This document shows positions 61,651 to 64,000 of a stretch of DNA of 64,000 nucleotides, one piece after another; the first letter of the stretch is position 1; each line of letters opens with the position of its first letter. The position numbers and the translations under genes are program-made. Source of the stretch: Piromyces finnis finn (lineage: Eukaryota; Fungi; Neocallimastigomycota); assembly GCA_002104945.1 (NCBI GenBank), contig MCFH01000021.1:248001-312000 (forward strand), in the 5' to 3' direction. The notes beneath the pieces are model-generated. The model did not search any database. It was given only the letters and a program-made list of their open reading frames with translations, and was not told the DNA's origin.

Positions 61651-64000
61651 TTAACAGTCGTCATTGTTATCTATATCAAAATTTAGAAATTCCATAGGTA
61701 ATGTTGGTTGAGGATCAGTAACAATTGCTGGTTCTAAACATAGTGATTGAATGTCATCTGGATTTAATTGAATAAAAGAAGAAGAAGAAGAGGCTATAGA
61801 AGAATCATATGATTCTGAGGTAGACAATAAACTATTACTTTTATTTAATTTAGAAAGTGAATTATTTTTTTTATTAGCAAGTTTCATACTATAACTCATA
61901 GATTTATTTTTCTTTACAATAGATGAAGAAGTTCTAGTTGTAGAATGAATACTACTATTACTACTTAAAACCTCAAGATTTTCATGAGAATTTGATCTAC
62001 TGTCTAAACCTTTACAGAAATTGAATGAATGAGTCCCTGATGCATTAGTTATCGCGCTTGTAGCTCCAGAATGAGTGGATGGACCAGATGCAGATGCAGA
62101 AGTAGAGTTGATAGAAGAAAAATCGTAAATATCAGATCCATTTTGGAAACTCAATTTTTGGTCGGTATATTTGAGACCAGCACTCATTGGATAAGCTAAG
62201 GGAAAAGCAGGCTTATTATCCATAACAATTGAAGCTGAGTTACACTGACTATTGTTATAATAATGATTATGGCGATGGCTTCTTGCATGAAGATGAGGTT
62301 GTGTATGAATATGATTTTTATGTTTGCTTGAATTATTAAGATTAAGAGCATCAAAGTTTTCCATCAAAGACATTTTTGAAATAAGATAAGAAGGTGTGCT
62401 TTTATTCGATCCTGTAGTAGAAGTATCGATACCATTAGAATTAGAAATATCAGTATTAAATGTGTTGGTTGTAGTAGTGGTTGTTGCACTTGAAGGAATG
62501 TCATAGGAAGCAACTAATTCAGTTAAATTTTCGGCGCTAGTAACAATTCTTAAATTATTCTTTTGTTGTATTTGTGATAATCTTTTACTCTTAAATGATG
62601 TATCGTTACTTGGAACAATGATTGTTGACTCGATCGTGTCATTTGGTGGTATTGATGAAAGAATATTCATATTATTAATGTCTGAAATATTTTCTTGATT
62701 CATTGACTCTGGTAAGATCATATTATTAAATGATGACTGAAGATCAGACATAGCAGTGGTATTAAGTACGGGTGCAATAATTTCATTAAAAGATGGACTA
62801 TTAATAACTTCATTATTTATTACACCATTTACTTGGGTATGAATGCCTGATAAACTTTCATCATTAGTAGATTGCTGAATTAAAGGACTAGCGATATTGT
62901 TAAGTGGTGTTTGATATGATGGTAATACAGTAGAAAAGGAATCATCCAATGGAATTGATAATGGATCAAAACCAGAAGAATAAACATCAAGTGGAATAAA
63001 AGATGAGGGATTGGTTATTACTGGATCATTACCAGTTAAATTTGAATTAGGATTTATAATATTTAATGAATCATTCATATTATCAAGAATATTATTTGGA
63101 TTAGTAATATTTATTGCATTTATTTCAGAAAAACTATTGTTAAATGAAGAAAGTGAAAGCTCGTCGAAGAAGCTTGATGAATAATCCGTCCCTATAAATG
63201 AAGGATCATCATTATTGGTATATTTACTTGAATTGATGCTTCCATCAATTGAGGAAAAGGAATCATTATTCACTATAGTTGAAGGAATTTCTAAAGCCTG
63301 AGGATCAGTATTTGTTGAATATGGAATAGAATTAATAATAGTTTGATAGAGAATTTGATCATTTTCAATATCTTCCTGATCATAATCTATTTTATTTTCT
63401 TTATAAATTTCGTCTAATTTTTTTGATTTAAATATTGAATTAGAAATAGAACGTTGACGAAGTTGTGGTTTTTTTGTAATTTTTTCTTTAATTAAAGAAA
63501 GATCTTCTGAACTTGTTCTTTGATGACTTAATCTGCTTTTAATATCCTTTCCTTTTTTTGATTCATCATTATTTTTCTTTATTTTTTTTGATCGATCCGG
63601 AGCAAATTTATAATTAGGATATCTTTTTTGTAAAAAGAATAAAATTTTTTAAAATTTTATAAAATAAAATGTTTAGATTTCTTTAATCATATATGATATA
63701 ATATTGACATTTATATAATGATAATCTTTAATATCATACTTTAATTTATGTTCCTCTAACTCAATTCTAGCTTTTTCAGCATATATTTTTTTTACTTCTT
63801 CTGATTCATTTCTCCACATCTGACCTACAGCTTTTGAAACTTCTCTACGATTAATATTTGGATTTATTTTTAAAAAGTCGGGTGTTTTATCTTTTAAATA
63901 AAAAATAAAACTATTTTTTGGTCTAGGGATTTTCTTTTGTTTTTTATCTTTAATACTTTTAGAATTTTTTTCGATAGATAAATTTTCATCAATATGGTCT
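61651..64000 (-). CDS. Sequence-specific HMG-box transcription factor (MATA_HMG/SOX-like), 5'-partial
   Basis: Exons >64000-63740 and 63622-61651 (intron gtatga...aaag) give KIPRPKNSFIFYFKDKTPDFLKINPNINRREVSKAVGQMWRNESEEVKKIYAEKARIELEEHKLKYPNYKFAP, followed by a long Ser/Asn-rich tail. Confidence 0.88.

Overview
Extremely AT-rich, spliceosomal-intron-containing (GT-AG) fungal DNA with long (TAA)n/(TAAA)n microsatellites. Composition and gene content point to an anaerobic gut fungus (Neocallimastigomycota; inference). Left 25 kb: a receptor-dense block. It holds a partial solute-binding-protein (SBP)/class C-type 7TM receptor fusion that the ORF track misses, a decayed bacterial-type AAA-ATPase-like pseudogene, and a co-oriented tandem array of four orphan 7TM receptor-like paralogs. 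The four share one phase-1 intron position, invariant NEWG (TM3) and WRxKG...D (TM7) motifs, and have divergent extracellular loop 2 and Ser/Asn-rich tails. Middle: a ~1521-aa helical-N-terminus/SH3 protein, an intronless Kex2-type secreted prepro-protein with a perfect 21-bp hairpin downstream, a mitoferrin-type carrier, a candidate 37-aa membrane microprotein, and an FKBP12-like PPIase with an N-terminal membrane anchor and micro-exons. Right: adjacent APC2, RAD17 and ORC3, then a partial MATA/SOX-type HMG-box factor. No rRNA, tRNA, CRISPR or intact transposon was recognised. All gene models were spliced by hand and no database search was run.
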